Assembly: GCA_030248215.1 (NCBI GenBank) | Contig: JASANG010002214.1 | Span: forward strand, 124,001-188,000 | Reading direction: 5' to 3' | Source of the DNA: Enoplolaimus lenunculus | Taxonomy: Eukaryota | DNA: 64,000 nt | Part shown: positions 26,142 to 39,200 of the stretch, piece after piece | Layout: the number at the start of each line of letters is the position of its first letter | How positions within the stretch are numbered: position 1 is the stretch's first letter | Translations under genes and position numbers: made by a program | The notes under the pieces: generated by a model | Databases searched by the model: none | What the model saw: the letters and a program-made list of their open reading frames with translations, nothing else | Told to the model about the DNA's origin: nothing

Positions 26142-27674
26142 TTAGCATTTCGCTTCCTCAATATATCCGGCTTGTTGTGATACACAAGTTGCAACTGCAA
26201 CTTTACTATCGGACGTTTTTCGAACTAAATTATTCGCCGCACACTCGAGCACTTGAAAATTGTTATCATCACTTAGCACGCGAATTTTGCACAAATCGCA
26301 ACGGGACGACGCAAGCATCCGCATCTCTAAACACGCTGCTCGTTTCGCGTTTAATATTCTCAAATTGCGTTCTTCTGATAGTTTTTTTGTGCCGCGGCCT
26401 GAGCTGCACCACAGACCCCATCGAATCACTGGAGAGCCGCCTTTTTCTCGTGCCGAAAGGCTGCGGCCTGTCGATGAACGTGCAGACCATACAGCTTTCT
26501 TTTGTCGCTTACTCAATTCGTGCTCATAGGCACATCCGGTTTTTGGATCGATTTTCAAGTGAAATACAACGTTGTTGCAGTCGTCAAGTTGTTTTCGAAT
26601 CGTATCCGGGGCGACAGTTGAGATTTTATCGCCGTTTAGATTGTTTATCAGGCAACCTGAAGAAAAAGACGCCTAAAAACTCAACAATTTGATGGGGCCC
26701 TTGTATAGAACAGGGACGGAACAGTAGTATAAGCGTATTTCTAAGCTGAAGCCTAAGCCTAAGCCTAAACGTAAGCCTAAGCAAACAATTGAGTCTGAAG
26801 CTTAAAATGACACTACTACAGCCCCTCCGGAAAACGATCCGGCCCTGTTCTGCACATTGGCCAATTTATGCTTCTTCAGTTGGAAAAGTGTGCTGAAATG
26901 GCAACCTTTGCCGCTACACCAGAGGTTCTCTATGCAGTTTATTTTCCACGTATAGAACAGGGCCGTTACAGTAGTAGATAAAGCGCGTTCTTCTCTAAGC
27001 TCGACTGCACCGCAAACTAATTTTCCAAAGCCGCCCATGCTGTTTATTTGGGTAACGCGAAGTGCATTTCACAGCATAAGTAGAGCATAAATAACTCACA
27101 AGGTAAATTTCTCTCGGATTTGACATTTTTACCTCAAAAAAGTTTCAAATTTTTCTAGCAAATAGATTTGTAGTTTAATTGTGAATCACTTGCATAAGTT
27201 ACGAGAAGATAAATTAATTAAATTACTATAAAAACATGAAAATAAAAACATAAAAATTGCTCAAATTTAATCAAATATTTCACTACATATTTGGTATCTC
27301 GTTGAGGTAAATGGTGGCACGCCTTGTTCGTGTTACCTCGTGGAATGGAGTCGATTGAAGTGACCTTGAACAATGGAGTGTAAACTGCGCCATTACCATC
27401 TCTGCTGCAACTCACTCTCTTGATCCAACACACGTTCGTCTTCAGCTTTTCGATTGTCATCCAGTGTGATATCGTACAAATTTTCAACCAAATAGCGAAC
27501 TTTGTATTTCTTTTCGCTGCGTTCACCGCCAGTTTTGGCCAACTCAATAATTTTCTCCAGTACGTCTGGATTCGGGTTTGATGTGGTCGTGGAGGAACTA
27601 GCGGTATCGCTTTGATACGAAGCCAATATCACAGAACAGAGCACTATACTCGATATTAACCTTTGAGTTGTCAT
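26142..27674 (-). CDS. Putative secreted Cys-rich protein of unknown function, 2 exons, about 257 aa
   Basis: Exon 27674-27416 (signal-peptide-like MTTQRLISSIVLCSVILASYQS, donor A|GTGAGT) joins in phase 1 to TTCTTCAG|26656-26142, which is open to the stop and Cys-rich. Confidence 0.6.
26696..26862 (-). mobile_element. TTAGGC-carrying MITE (family B) in the intron of the secreted-protein gene
   Basis: GGCCCTTGTATAGAACAGGG ... CCCTGTTCTGCACATTGGCC with (GCCTAA)n. Confidence 0.8.
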
Positions 27675-27958
27675 CACATCACAGTTGGTTCCAATATTTT
27701 AACGTATTCTATTTTAGTCTAAAATTTATTTAATAAAGGTCCGTAGCCAGCTCAGCTGGTTACCTGAGACTGAACTTTCACAAGTCGATGGGATTTCTAT
27801 ACGCTTAGAGTTATAAACTTTTCGGCCCATGTATAGAACAGAGCCAGATCGTTTTCCGGCGGGGCTGTAATAGAGTCAGTACGCACAGTTGCAGGCTTCA
27901 AAGTATCCTATATTATGTTATACTTACAGGTAAAAAACTTATCGTACGCTGCGATTTA

Positions 27959-28392
27959 TGCAGTGACCCTAATAAGAGGGGGGTAATAAGAGGGGGTGTC
28001 CCCATTTTGAGTCCAAAACAATACGAGTCTGGTTCCATAAAAAGTCCGTAAAGGCAGATAGAGTCCCTAAACCCTAATTATAGTCCATAAATGTCGATTG
28101 TCCCTAATTGTAGTGCATAAATAACTCCACTTGAGTTTGAAACTAAAAAGCTCACTTAAGTTTTGAAAGTAACATTCCATAGTATAACCTTGCAGTATCG
28201 CTCAAGCTTTTGATGCAAGGCAAAAAACGTTTTTATAGTTCAAAAGATAGTTGCAATAACGGATATATACCAGTAACGAAGGGTGGTAGACGGCGGGTTA
28301 AAAATAAAGAACAGTCAGTAACCGAGTAACAGGGGTACCCTCTGGTTAGGCCAAATAAATATCAGTCCACCCACTGATTCGGGTGACCACAG
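27959..28392. mobile_element. Copy of the 440-bp TA element, lying between TTAGGC MITE fragments (27824-27880 and 28395-28530)
   Basis: Collinear with 3248-3687. Confidence 0.75.
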
Positions 28393-29368
28393 TAAACATC
28401 AAGGGCTGAACGTTTTTCTCTGAGACGGCAATAGAGTAAAGCTTAAGCTTTAGACTAACGTTTTGTTTAGGCTTAGGCTTAGTTTTATAAATATGCTTAA
28501 CCTAAATGTTACGACCCTGCTCTATATATTATCTACGTCAACTACATCGATATCCGTAATACCTAAACTTTGGAGCAAAAATATTAATTGAACTCAGGTC
28601 AATTAACACTACATTTAACCATCCAAAACTCCATATTTGTAAAACAATTGCAAATGTGTTGTCGAGGCCGAAACAATGCTTGCTAAAATACGTTTAAGAC
28701 GACAATTTTCTAAAGAAATCGTTAACAAATGAAATGTGACGCAAACTCTATACGTACACTATTGTTTACAATGTGCAAAAATTGCAATTTAGGTATTTTT
28801 AGGAGCAGTTTTGTTATACATAAAGAAGCATCGAGTATTGCATATACTGCAGTTTCATGCCAACACTGTGCAGAGTACTAATTGCTTACGTTTTCACGTT
28901 TTTTTTAATTATTAACGTGTTGTTGCCGATCGGTCGTTTGAAATATCTGATTCTAGTCAAAAGGTTTACCAAGCGAACATTTTTGGCCGTTTTCATCCTT
29001 ATATGGCGAAAAGATTGCTATACATAAACAAGAAAGATAAAACGGAAATACGAAAACTTGAAAGTTGCAATAACGGATACGGAAATCAATATTATTTAAG
29101 TATGAACGTTAAAAGGATGTGGAATAGCAATACCGTTGAGCAATAATTCATCGTGGTTAGTGAAACTTTAACGAAAAATAGCGACTGCACTCAAAACTGT
29201 CAAGCATAAGCGCGGCTGATTTTGTGATTTATTTCAACTCGAACACCTGGAGCATAATCCACATTGAAAGATGGAAAGTAAAACTCGACGAATATCAAGC
29301 GATTTAGAACTTTTACCATGTAAATAATGACATGTCGGAATTGCTATAATGGAAACGAATGCTGAGCG

Positions 29369-29815
29369 CTGTAGTGGCGTGAATAAGAGGGGGGGACTGA
29401 TATTTATTTGGCGTCTCCAGAGGGTACCCCCTGTTAATCGGTTACGGACTGTTATTTATTTTCAATCCACCCACCGCCACACTTCATTACTGATATATAT
29501 CCGGTATTGCAAGTATCCCTTGAATTAAATGTTTTTTGCCTTGCATCAAAAGCTTGAGCGATAATGCAAGGTTATAGTCTGGAATGTTACTTTCAAACCT
29601 TAAGTACGCTTTAAAATTTCGAACCCAAATTATTTGATCTTGGAGTCATTTATGCCCTACAATTAGAGATAATTGACATTTATGAACTTTAAATAGGGAT
29701 TACTGACTCTATCCGCTTACGGCCTCTTATTAGGAACACGAACTCCTATTGATTAGGACTCAAAAAGGGACCCCTTCCTGTTATTACCTCCCTCCTCTTA
29801 TTCGGGTCACTACAG
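29369..29815. mobile_element. Copy of the 440-bp TA element, inverted
   Basis: CTGTAGTG ... CACTACAG|TA. Further copies at about 16310-16668 and 30540-30943. Confidence 0.8.
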
Positions 29816-30118
29816 TACATATATAGCTAAAATTTCAATTTCCCTTGATTTCTATAAAATCACAAAACAATTTTTCAAAACAGATATATGAAATTGAACA
29901 AATCTTATTCGTATGGCTCATAATTGAAGATTTTCCATGTTTTATTTCATATGTCATGTTGTTATGTCGTCAAATTGATTTTTTACAGCTTCGGTAAATA
30001 GTGTCGAAAATCGTCGAAAAATTTAACCGGCAACTTTAGAATCCCACTTTTGTCTGTTAGTTCCGTTAATTTTAAAATTTGAATATTTCAAACGTAAGTA
30101 ATTTTGCTTTCTTAAAGT

Positions 30119-30320
30119 GGACAATGTTAAGAACACGGGCGGAACAGTATTATAAGTATATTCCTAAGCCTAAGCCTAAGCCTAAGCGTAAGAATGAGCA
30201 TATTCCTAAGCCCAGGCCTAAGCCTAACCCATAAACCAAGCAAAAAACAAGACTAAAGCTTAAGCTTATTCTATTCTAGTCCCACAGAAAAACGTTCCAC
30301 CCCTGATCTTTACAACGGCC
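30119..30320 (-). mobile_element. TTAGGC-carrying MITE (family A)
   Basis: TIRs present; TSD CTTAAAGT/CTTAAAAC. Confidence 0.85.
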
Positions 30321-31723
30321 CTTAAAACACACGTTAAAGTCAAATTTTGTACACTTGATCATTAATGCTTTATCGAAATTTGTGGCCAAATTTCATTTTA
30401 GTTTAGTGTGAATTTTAGGTATTGAGAGATTACATTGCGATTGCTTTTGTTGAACCCAATCGCTTTTTTACTTACGATAAACAGCTGATTTTTTGTCAAA
30501 AAGTTTCTATTTTACTCAAATATTTTACATGAGGTTTATTTGGCCTGTCTAGTTTGTACACATCGAGTTGTTCGGTTATGGACTGTTATTTACTTTTAAA
30601 CCACACTCCGCAACGCTTCGTTACTGATACATATCCGGTATTGCAATTATCCGTTGAATTAAACGTTTATTTGTCTTGTAGCAGGACTTGGGCGATAATG
30701 CAAGGTTATACTTAAGAATGTACTTTCAAAATTTTAGTATGCTTTAATAGTTTCGCACTCAAATGTATTTGGTGCTGGAGTCATTTATGCACTACTACTT
30801 GGGATACTTGACATTTATGGACTTTAATTAGGATTTAGGGACTCTTTTCGCGTACGGACTCTTATTAGGCATTCGAACTCCTATTGGTTGCGACCCAAAA
30901 TTTGGACCCCCTCTTATTAGCCCCTCTTATTCGGGTCACTAGTGTAGAGTCCGTTAGTGGATAGAGGCCATATCTTTTTTGATTAGAAAATAGAGTGTAG
31001 GTAGGTTTAGTTTTAGGATAAAGCTTACTTAACCCGTGGCCTTAATTTGATGAAAACAGTACAAGGCCGTGGTTGGATCTGTTTGGCACCAGGCGTTCCG
31101 AAACTTTCGAAACCTGACGTATTGCCGCGAGGTTAATAGAATATTGCATTTTCACGCCTGTAGCCAGCTACAAAAAGACGTATACAAAAGCGATATTGAA
31201 GATATATCACACGCGGAAGTCGCTAAAACTCCAAAAACACACTTTTACAGACTGTAGAATAACGTGCAGAGGTCACAATAAAATTTTCTCGCTCGCTACG
31301 CTCTTGTAAAAAGTTTTTACGCCAAATTATTCCCACCCGTAATAAAATTTGTGGCAGGAGGTTTAAGACGTCATCAAAAGGGTGTTTAGATGGCATATAA
31401 GTGTGGTTTTAACTTTCACAGGGGGAACACAATTTTTCTCGCGTGAGCTGATCCCACCTGGCCGCGTTATGGCTATACGGATATAGTCGTTGTTCCTGGT
31501 TTTTACCTGTGACTACAGCTCACTTTGAACACTTCGACTGGTGAGAAAAGTCGAGAATTTACACCATTTTTCGCTATATTAATCACAGCGTTTTGTTTTT
31601 ATTTCTTAATTTTGTAATTTTTTACACATTTCATCAACGATGTATATACGGCTTAAAATTGATTTTTTTAACTTTCAATATCTACAACTTCGCATTAGTG
31701 GATAATGAATATTGTCGTTTGAA

Positions 31724-31791
<68 letters not shown>
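31724..31791. repeat. (TAA)n microsatellite
   Basis: About 22 perfect TAA units. Confidence 0.95.
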
Positions 31792-31792
<1 letters not shown>

Positions 31793-33038
31793 TATTTTAT
31801 CGCTATTCATTTACTCGTAATGTAGTGCACAAAAAAATTTCAGAGCTCTCATATATTGTTTTTACTTGTTTCATGTCTGACTGCATCAGATATTAAAAAT
31901 GCCGTATGTTCTCTTCACACGTTTGCAAAAGTTTTCGCTATTTAAACGTTCAAATATACGGTATGTCCAGCTGTGATTGAAGTGGATTTTATTTCGTCCG
32001 GCTGTGGATAGTATCGAATCGATTCGTATCGCAAGTGGAAAATTGGCTGCCGCATGAATAAATGACCCACAAAAAATAACCTCCCAGACTTGTTTTGCGT
32101 CTTTTCATGTGTCCTTCCCCCAGCCTCGGTTTTTGTTCAAAAATTAACCGCTTTTTGAAAATTTTTGCATGCATGAGTTTCTGGACGCAGCTTGCGAAGC
32201 TGAGTCGAATGGTGTTCAATTTAATGCGCAATCAGACATTTGACTAACGAGTTATTACCAAATAAAACTGATTTGGCGCCATCTCAAATCGCTTGCAGCG
32301 TACCTAATCAGTTATTTGACTATAACTCGTAAACCACGCGTAGGTATGGTTGCAAAAAATTTAACACAATTCGACTCTCAGCTTTGCTCTGCGTTGAATG
32401 ATGTGTAATTTATTAAACTTTTTGACAAAAAACACTTTTGGGTCCCAATGGGGGACCTGGCCATTGGAACCTATAAAAATCGAATTTTTCAAAAAATCAA
32501 ATTTGGGCGTGGAATGATCAGGGGATGTCATGAGAAGCTCAAATATGCAAAAAAAAATTTTTTGAAACTCATCAATTTTTGGTCAAATGCCGGCTGAAGG
32601 GAGGATAACCGAAAAGACCCCATATTTTTTACGGGGGTCACATAGTAGTGGCGTGAAAAAATGAACCCATAAAAAGAGGCGACGGTGATTTTGCACACTC
32701 TGAAAATGAGCGAATATTAACGTTTCTATAATAGTTATTTATGCTTAGATTTTTGGTATTTAAGTCTTTGCGGTTTTGGCCATGTTTAGTAATACTTACG
32801 TTGGTTAAGAATAAATGTGTTCAAATTAGTATCAAGAGTCGGTATAGTCATTGGAAAAACTTTAGAGTGGACACCTCACTATTTTCTAGTTGAGTTTTAG
32901 ACATTGTACGCCAAACAAAGTTCACATATCTCCGAGAAAAATGGCTAATACTTCACACGCTCCGTACTCGGACATAAGAAATGTATTGTTCTATAGGTAC
33001 AATTTCTTACTAGCCCGTATTCGTATTTTAAGTTTTAA

Positions 33039-33297
33039 CCCTCTCACATGAATATTTTCTATTTTCACTGAGACCTACTTTTATGCTTGGATTTGAACTC
33101 CAGTGTGGAGTGGGAGGCGTATACCATCACCACTCAGCTATAGGAGCTTGACGCTCGAGCCCGAGGGGGCTCTCACGTCTGGTGGTGATTTAGTACTATG
33201 TATACGTGGTGCAATTGTTAAACACGGTGCGATATATATTATTTAACGTATATACACTGCGTTGAGTTGCGTAGAGGCAACTCAATGTGAGAAGGGG
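33039..33297 (-). mobile_element. piggyBac-like MITE containing a tRNA-like segment, intact
   Basis: TTAA|CCCTCTCACAT ... ATGTGAGAAGGGG|TTAA; reverse-complement copy of 25023-25285. Confidence 0.85.
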
Positions 33298-34095
33298 TTA
33301 ATTAAGCTTTCATTGTGCTTCAAAATATTCGCCAGCGGTAAGTAATGTATTTTTACAGAGGTTAATTTTAATACAGTGCTGTGCAAAACTGACGGGACTC
33401 ACTTTCTAACAGGGGTCATTTTTCATGCGACGCCGTGTAAAAATGACCGGGGGGTGTGTTTTGGGAGTCATTTTTTCACACGACAGTATTATAATAACCG
33501 GACCATCATGAAAATATGTCCGGGGATATTTTTCAGGGGGCGGGCGGTGTCATTTTTCATGGGAAACCGGATCGGATCGCTCCAAAAATTGTTTTCGATT
33601 CGATCCGACACAACATCATCAGTTTGACGCCACATCTTGCGATGCTGATTTGAATGTTTTTGCTAAAACGCCAATGATGCTTTAAGAGGCGTTGGTCTAC
33701 AGCATAGTCCGCAGGAAAGCGGGACGCCCTTAAAAGTAAACTTAGGCACAGATTATAGTGGACATAACCCAATTTTCTTACAGCCTGTCAAATTTGTAGA
33801 TACTTCTAAAAATTTTGAACGTGGTCTTCAGCTTAAACGCTGACGCATCTCTGAACCGTGTAATTGCAGTCGTTATCTTTTTTCCATTAAAAACAGCTTA
33901 ATCCTGATGACTGCAAATAAGCTGAACACCAGCAAACGCTAAAGAAAGTAAACATTTTAAGGCGTAAAGCTTCTAGTATATATAGCTACATATTTGTTTA
34001 GTTTACGGATGATTTTATCTTTGTAAATGTTTTTGACAGAAACTATTCTGAGATGGTTACGATTCAGGTTTATTCGTTTTCATATCGCCAAGGCA

Positions 34096-34273
34096 CAATG
34101 GCGGATCCAAGGGGGGGCCACCCCGGCCGTGGCCCCCACCAACAGCATCTCGACAAAAATTATATAGCAATTTTGTTACAATAGTTCGTGGTTTGTGTAT
34201 GGGTCAAAAGTAAGTTTATTACGTGTGAAATTTTGCCCCCCCCCCCCATTTTGAGATCCTGGATCCGCCACTG
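34096..34273. mobile_element. hAT-like MITE with 8-bp TSD
   Basis: TSD CCAAGGCA on both sides; inverted copy of 4754-4929. Confidence 0.85.
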
Positions 34274-34507
34274 CCAAGGCAAGTACATTATTTGAGGTGA
34301 TCCATGTATAGAACACGTCTCAGTTGGAGGTAATAGGTATAGCGCAATTATGGCCCACAAAATATGCCTAAACGTCAATTCACACTTGCAAGTTTTTACA
34401 GAGAGAACCAACAAATGGAATATGCAGCATGCAAGTTTCGCTGTATAACCATTTCGCAAAACTTGACGCTACAAATTGTTGGTGTAAAATCTTCTATGTG
34501 AAAGATG

Positions 34508-34708
34508 GGTACATGTAAAGATCATGGGCGGAACGCTTTTTTGTTAAACTAGAAAAGAATACGCTTTAGCTTTACACTATTTTTTTTGCTTGGCTTAAGC
34601 TTAGGTTTAAGGATATGCTCATTCTTACCTTAGGCTTGACCTTAGGCTTAGGCTTAGGTTTGGGAATATACTTGTAATACTGTTCCGCCCCTGTTCTTTA
34701 TATTGGCC
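34508..34708 (+). mobile_element. TTAGGC-carrying MITE (family A)
   Basis: Perfect TSD GAAAGATG. Confidence 0.9.
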
Positions 34709-35100
34709 GAAAGATGTAACATCAAGTCTTCGCACCAACAGCTTCCTGAAAACGCCTAAATCAATACGACTTTGTATTTATGCATATTCCATGCATTGTC
34801 AACGAGAGAAATTTTATAATGAAGAGCGTCCATGAGATGAATTTTGGGAAGAGATTTTCCATGAAAGATTTTATGGGGAGGTTGCCCATAATATCCGATT
34901 TGTTCTATCAATGACAGACCTGCGAAAGACCAAATAATGATAGTTGCAAGTAAATCATTGCCAAATCAGAGTCCAAGCAGACTTTTGAAATAAAGTTCAG
35001 CACAGAACTGATATACAATCGTGCTTTATTTACGCTATCACGTTTGAAACTCCCTTCTGGAACGCCAATTAGAATTAAAACGTGAGCCAACCTGTACCTT

Positions 35101-35104
<4 letters not shown>

Positions 35105-35152
<48 letters not shown>

Positions 35153-35175
35153 GTTGTTGTTGTTGTTGTTGTTGT
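35105..35175. repeat. Compound (TTA)n(TTG)n microsatellite, possibly the tail of a minus-strand SINE/LINE (to about 35400)
   Basis: Perfect trinucleotide runs directly adjacent to a GC-richer 230-bp segment. Confidence 0.8.
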
Positions 35176-36200
35176 TTCCAACCCTTGGCCTTTTTAGGTT
35201 GTACGATTTGCCGGCAGGGATTGGGATGGCGCTAAGCCAGCTGTACGCTAAAAGCATTTATAGAAACTATCATTACGTACGCTGTAAATGCAATACTGCT
35301 GTCGTTCGAGTGGCAACATTCCGGACGCGGACCGACCATCTGCCGTGCCGGACACTGGCCCCATGGCCCGGTTGCAGTTTGGACCGCTCTTCAAAATATG
35401 CACTTCACACGTTCTAGTGATGCAATGAGATTTTTCTATCAAGTAGTCAGTGGTAGGCCGATTTGTACACAGGAGTGTTCCAAAATAATTAGTTCTCGTC
35501 TATGTAGACTAGTGGGCGGATGCAGGGACGATTGGTATGTATATCCCACCGTTCCTGCCGTGTGGAAAATTTTGCCATGCAACTTTCTCATTTGAAGTTT
35601 ACAAAAAATATTTAGCCAAATCGGCAAAAATAAAGCAAATTGGCTAAAGACACCCTATAAACTGTAAGATTTACGAACACAAAAATGTGGCCGGAAAATT
35701 TTGGATCCGTCGCTGATCTAAATTCGTGTACGCTCTTATGCGACTGGTTTTACCTAAGGCTAAGTATATTTATAAATTTTAGCTTAAACCTGCCTGCAAT
35801 TCTGAGTTGTTGCAACGAAATTTTGCGGCACTCAAAACGCTATCCCTATATGAACTCAAGCACTCAAATGTTTAATATCCTCTATTATTCATAGATATTT
35901 AGAAGACTTTCTACTTAAACAAATACACACAGTTTTATACATATCGTAACAAATTTTGGTATATAAAGATGAATTATAATTAATATCCGGAACATGGTTG
36001 TTGCAAAAAGCAAACAAACTATTCGATTGACCTCGCATTAAACTTCGGACGAAATTTTAATTCAAAATTTCAACGTCTCTAAATCCACTTCAACCAAACC
36101 ATACATCGTTTACTCTGATGTTATAATCTCTGTGAATTCCGGTATAGACTGAACCGACAGAACTCACAGACTCAAGTAACAGCACAAAGCTTCGTTTGAA

Positions 36201-39200
36201 ATGGATGAATTTAGTGAACTCGGAGGTGACCGTTGCTACTGTGAAACTGTTCAAAGCGCAGGCGGTTGCAACGGTACTGTTTACGAAATTATTGACAAAT
36301 CATCGAATGACTTGTATCCGTATTCGGTTGCCACTGCAACTCTACTGACGATAATTACTTCAACAGGAACAATAGTTAATGTTGCGTTTATTGCACTGAT
36401 TGCGATCCTTGTTCGACGCAATGTAATCCCGTGGAAGCGACATGCAATTTTAATCAGTTTAAGCGTTGGCCATTTACCGGTGCTAGGATTGCTGTTTTAT
36501 CAAGCGGTTCGGAATATTAAAGATATTATTGAAGGCAAAATATTCGGTAAACACATTGTGTTGAATTTTGCACAATTACGCGTTCATGGTATTGTCGCGG
36601 CTACGGAAGAAGCCAGGCAAGACGTAGTGGTCTAGGAAAATAAGTCTCTGAAAACTTTTTTAGGGACGAGAAACAAAACACACATTTGCAGGATTTATGA
36701 CAAACCTGGTGTACAAATCTATAGTGAGCCAAATATGAGATGGTTTCCATTTTGAGTTCAAATAAATAGGAATATCGTTAGTGGATAGAGCCCATAAGTC
36801 CCAATTAGAGTCTATAAATGGGGCCAAAACAAAAAACGGTATATACGGTTCAAATATCAAATATGTAACATACACTCACATAAGCCGCATGAACTATATT
36901 AAATCCTGCAAAAGATTAACAAACATGGCAATCATATAATGCTTCGGAGCAAGTCAGTTCTGCCCAAAATATAAAAAGAAAGGAATGAGGTCCAATAGAC
37001 ATGTGGTGAATTAAAAATAAATAACAGTCCGTAACCGAATAACAGGGGTACCTTCTGGAGAGGCGAAATAAGTATGAGCCCACACTCTCTTATTCTTCCA
37101 GTCAAACTCGCAGAATCTTAAATGAATTTTTTTATTAAGCAATCATTAAAAACTGCAGAGTAGCATTTATTGCGTAAGATATCTGAAACAATAAATTAAT
37201 ATGTTGCCTGGTGGTAACGACAATATCATTTTCAATTTCGATTCAGGGCCGGAGCATCCACCCCCCCATACCCCCATTTGGGCGGGGGGCCACCACCCCC
37301 CTAAAGGGGCCCAACCCTAACCGGTTGGAACAAAAACCGCCGAAATTTTAAAATGCGTACGGCTCCTCGCTTGCTTTGCTCGCGAGTTTGGGGCGCTACA
37401 CCCTGGAGTTAAAAGAGCAGCCCCAACTCGTTTCTGCTCCGGCACTGGTTCGACTAAGCTGAATACAATCGCATTTATAATATGAAACTGAATCGAAAAC
37501 GAAACGAAAATTAAGCTTAATTCAAGTACGAATTAGCAGGTTTCAGAGTTGTTTAGTTTTGTTTTGTTTCAGGATTGTGGTTCCAAGACAATCATGCCCG
37601 GTTATCAAGCATGCTTCAATTGGCGTTTTTTAGTCCGTTCGTTAATTATGCTGCTTTATGTTTGCTTCAGTTATACGCAGTCAAGCGACCGTTAGAATAT
37701 CACAGAATGACTTATAGAAGATACGGAGTTTTGCGTAAGTCCAACGACTTTTGTTAACCTTTTAACTCATAGAGTATACTATCAGCAGCTAAATACAAGT
37801 AATGTATATGAGCAACAGAGACACTGTGAGCAGTGCTTAACAAATCTAACATATATTATGTGCAGTGCAAAATCATTTACAAGACGTGAGAGTCACCTCG
37901 CGGTCGAACGTCAATTTCCTAGTGCTGAGTGGTCATCGTAAACGCCTCCCATCCGAGAGACTGGGGATCGAACTTTAACCTTGAAAGTGTATCTCATATG
38001 AAATTGACAATATTCATGTGAGAAAGGGTTAAGCGTATCGTATGTGCGTTAGGTAATTGAACTATGATAGTCTCGCTGTGAGACATTAGTACACGTGGTC
38101 ATGGCAAGAAGACGACCTGTAGAGGCAAAGAACATTTTGCTAACATCGAAATGTTTAAAACTAAAATATAGTTTTGCCCTGTAAGCTTGAAGTTGGCAAT
38201 GGCTTAGGCTTAGGCTTAGGCTTAGGCTTAGGCACAAATTGTAAATTGACAATGACATCACGCGCATTTTAACTGCGTTTTGCAAGCGACTTCAGATTCG
38301 GATCAAGATTTACCTGTGGATGGAAATTAACTGCAGTAATTGCAAAGTTTTTCGCTGTTGATCTTAAAATTTTCAACTGTTTTTGAAATGGTTTTTTTAA
38401 CAAATTAGCCTGATATTTGAGATGAGATAAAAATTTATAAATTTTCGGCACTTCGTTTAATATTCTTCGCACTACAGTTTGCTAAGGATACTATAAATTG
38501 TGCGTGTGCTATCAGAATCAAATAGCAGCGTAAGCAGACTAACCATATAGACTAAACTAGGCTATAGTCTTGGGACGCTGTCCCGGAGTAAAAATGGGCC
38601 CGAAATTTTGTAGCATATGAATCCACAAATTGCTCCTATGGCAGTCAAATTCACATTTACTTGTACAATTATTGTCAATACGGTCGTGGCTAGGGTTGTC
38701 CGGGCACCTCCCAAAACTGAACCTTGGGCCATATATGTTGAGATAGGTTCGTTTTGTGCTAGAGTGAGGTTGACTGCGTTCAACCGCATTTGCTACATGA
38801 GCACCATTTAAGTAAATTTCGCGTGCAAAAAGAACAAGAATCGAGATGCTTGTTTTCGTACTCACTTCCAACGCCGCTTCTTTTCTAGCCTCACCCCTGA
38901 AAAGAAGGCGCAAGTACGGCCCTGATGGACTGTTTGCTATAAAACTGATTGCAGTAGATTCAAATCTTCGTACATACTTTTTTGGCACTCTGACTGCGTT
39001 GCAAAAAAATTGTTAGTCAAATTAACTCTCTCCGAAATAGGCTTTTCCTGACTACACAAACTGAGTCAAAATTCGACTCCGTCAGAGTCGTCAAATTGAG
39101 TCGAATTTTACTCAGGCGGAGTCGAATTTTGACTCAGTGATTGTGTAGTCAGGAAAAGCCTATTTCGGATAGAGTCAATTTGACTCACCGTTTTTTGCAG

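Noticed and set aside
25988..26692. 234-aa plus-strand ORF
   Set aside because: It starts inside a MITE TIR and is the antisense shadow of the minus-strand exon.
35082..35417. Poly-Leu signal-peptide ORF
   Set aside because: Translation of the (TTA)n(TTG)n microsatellite.
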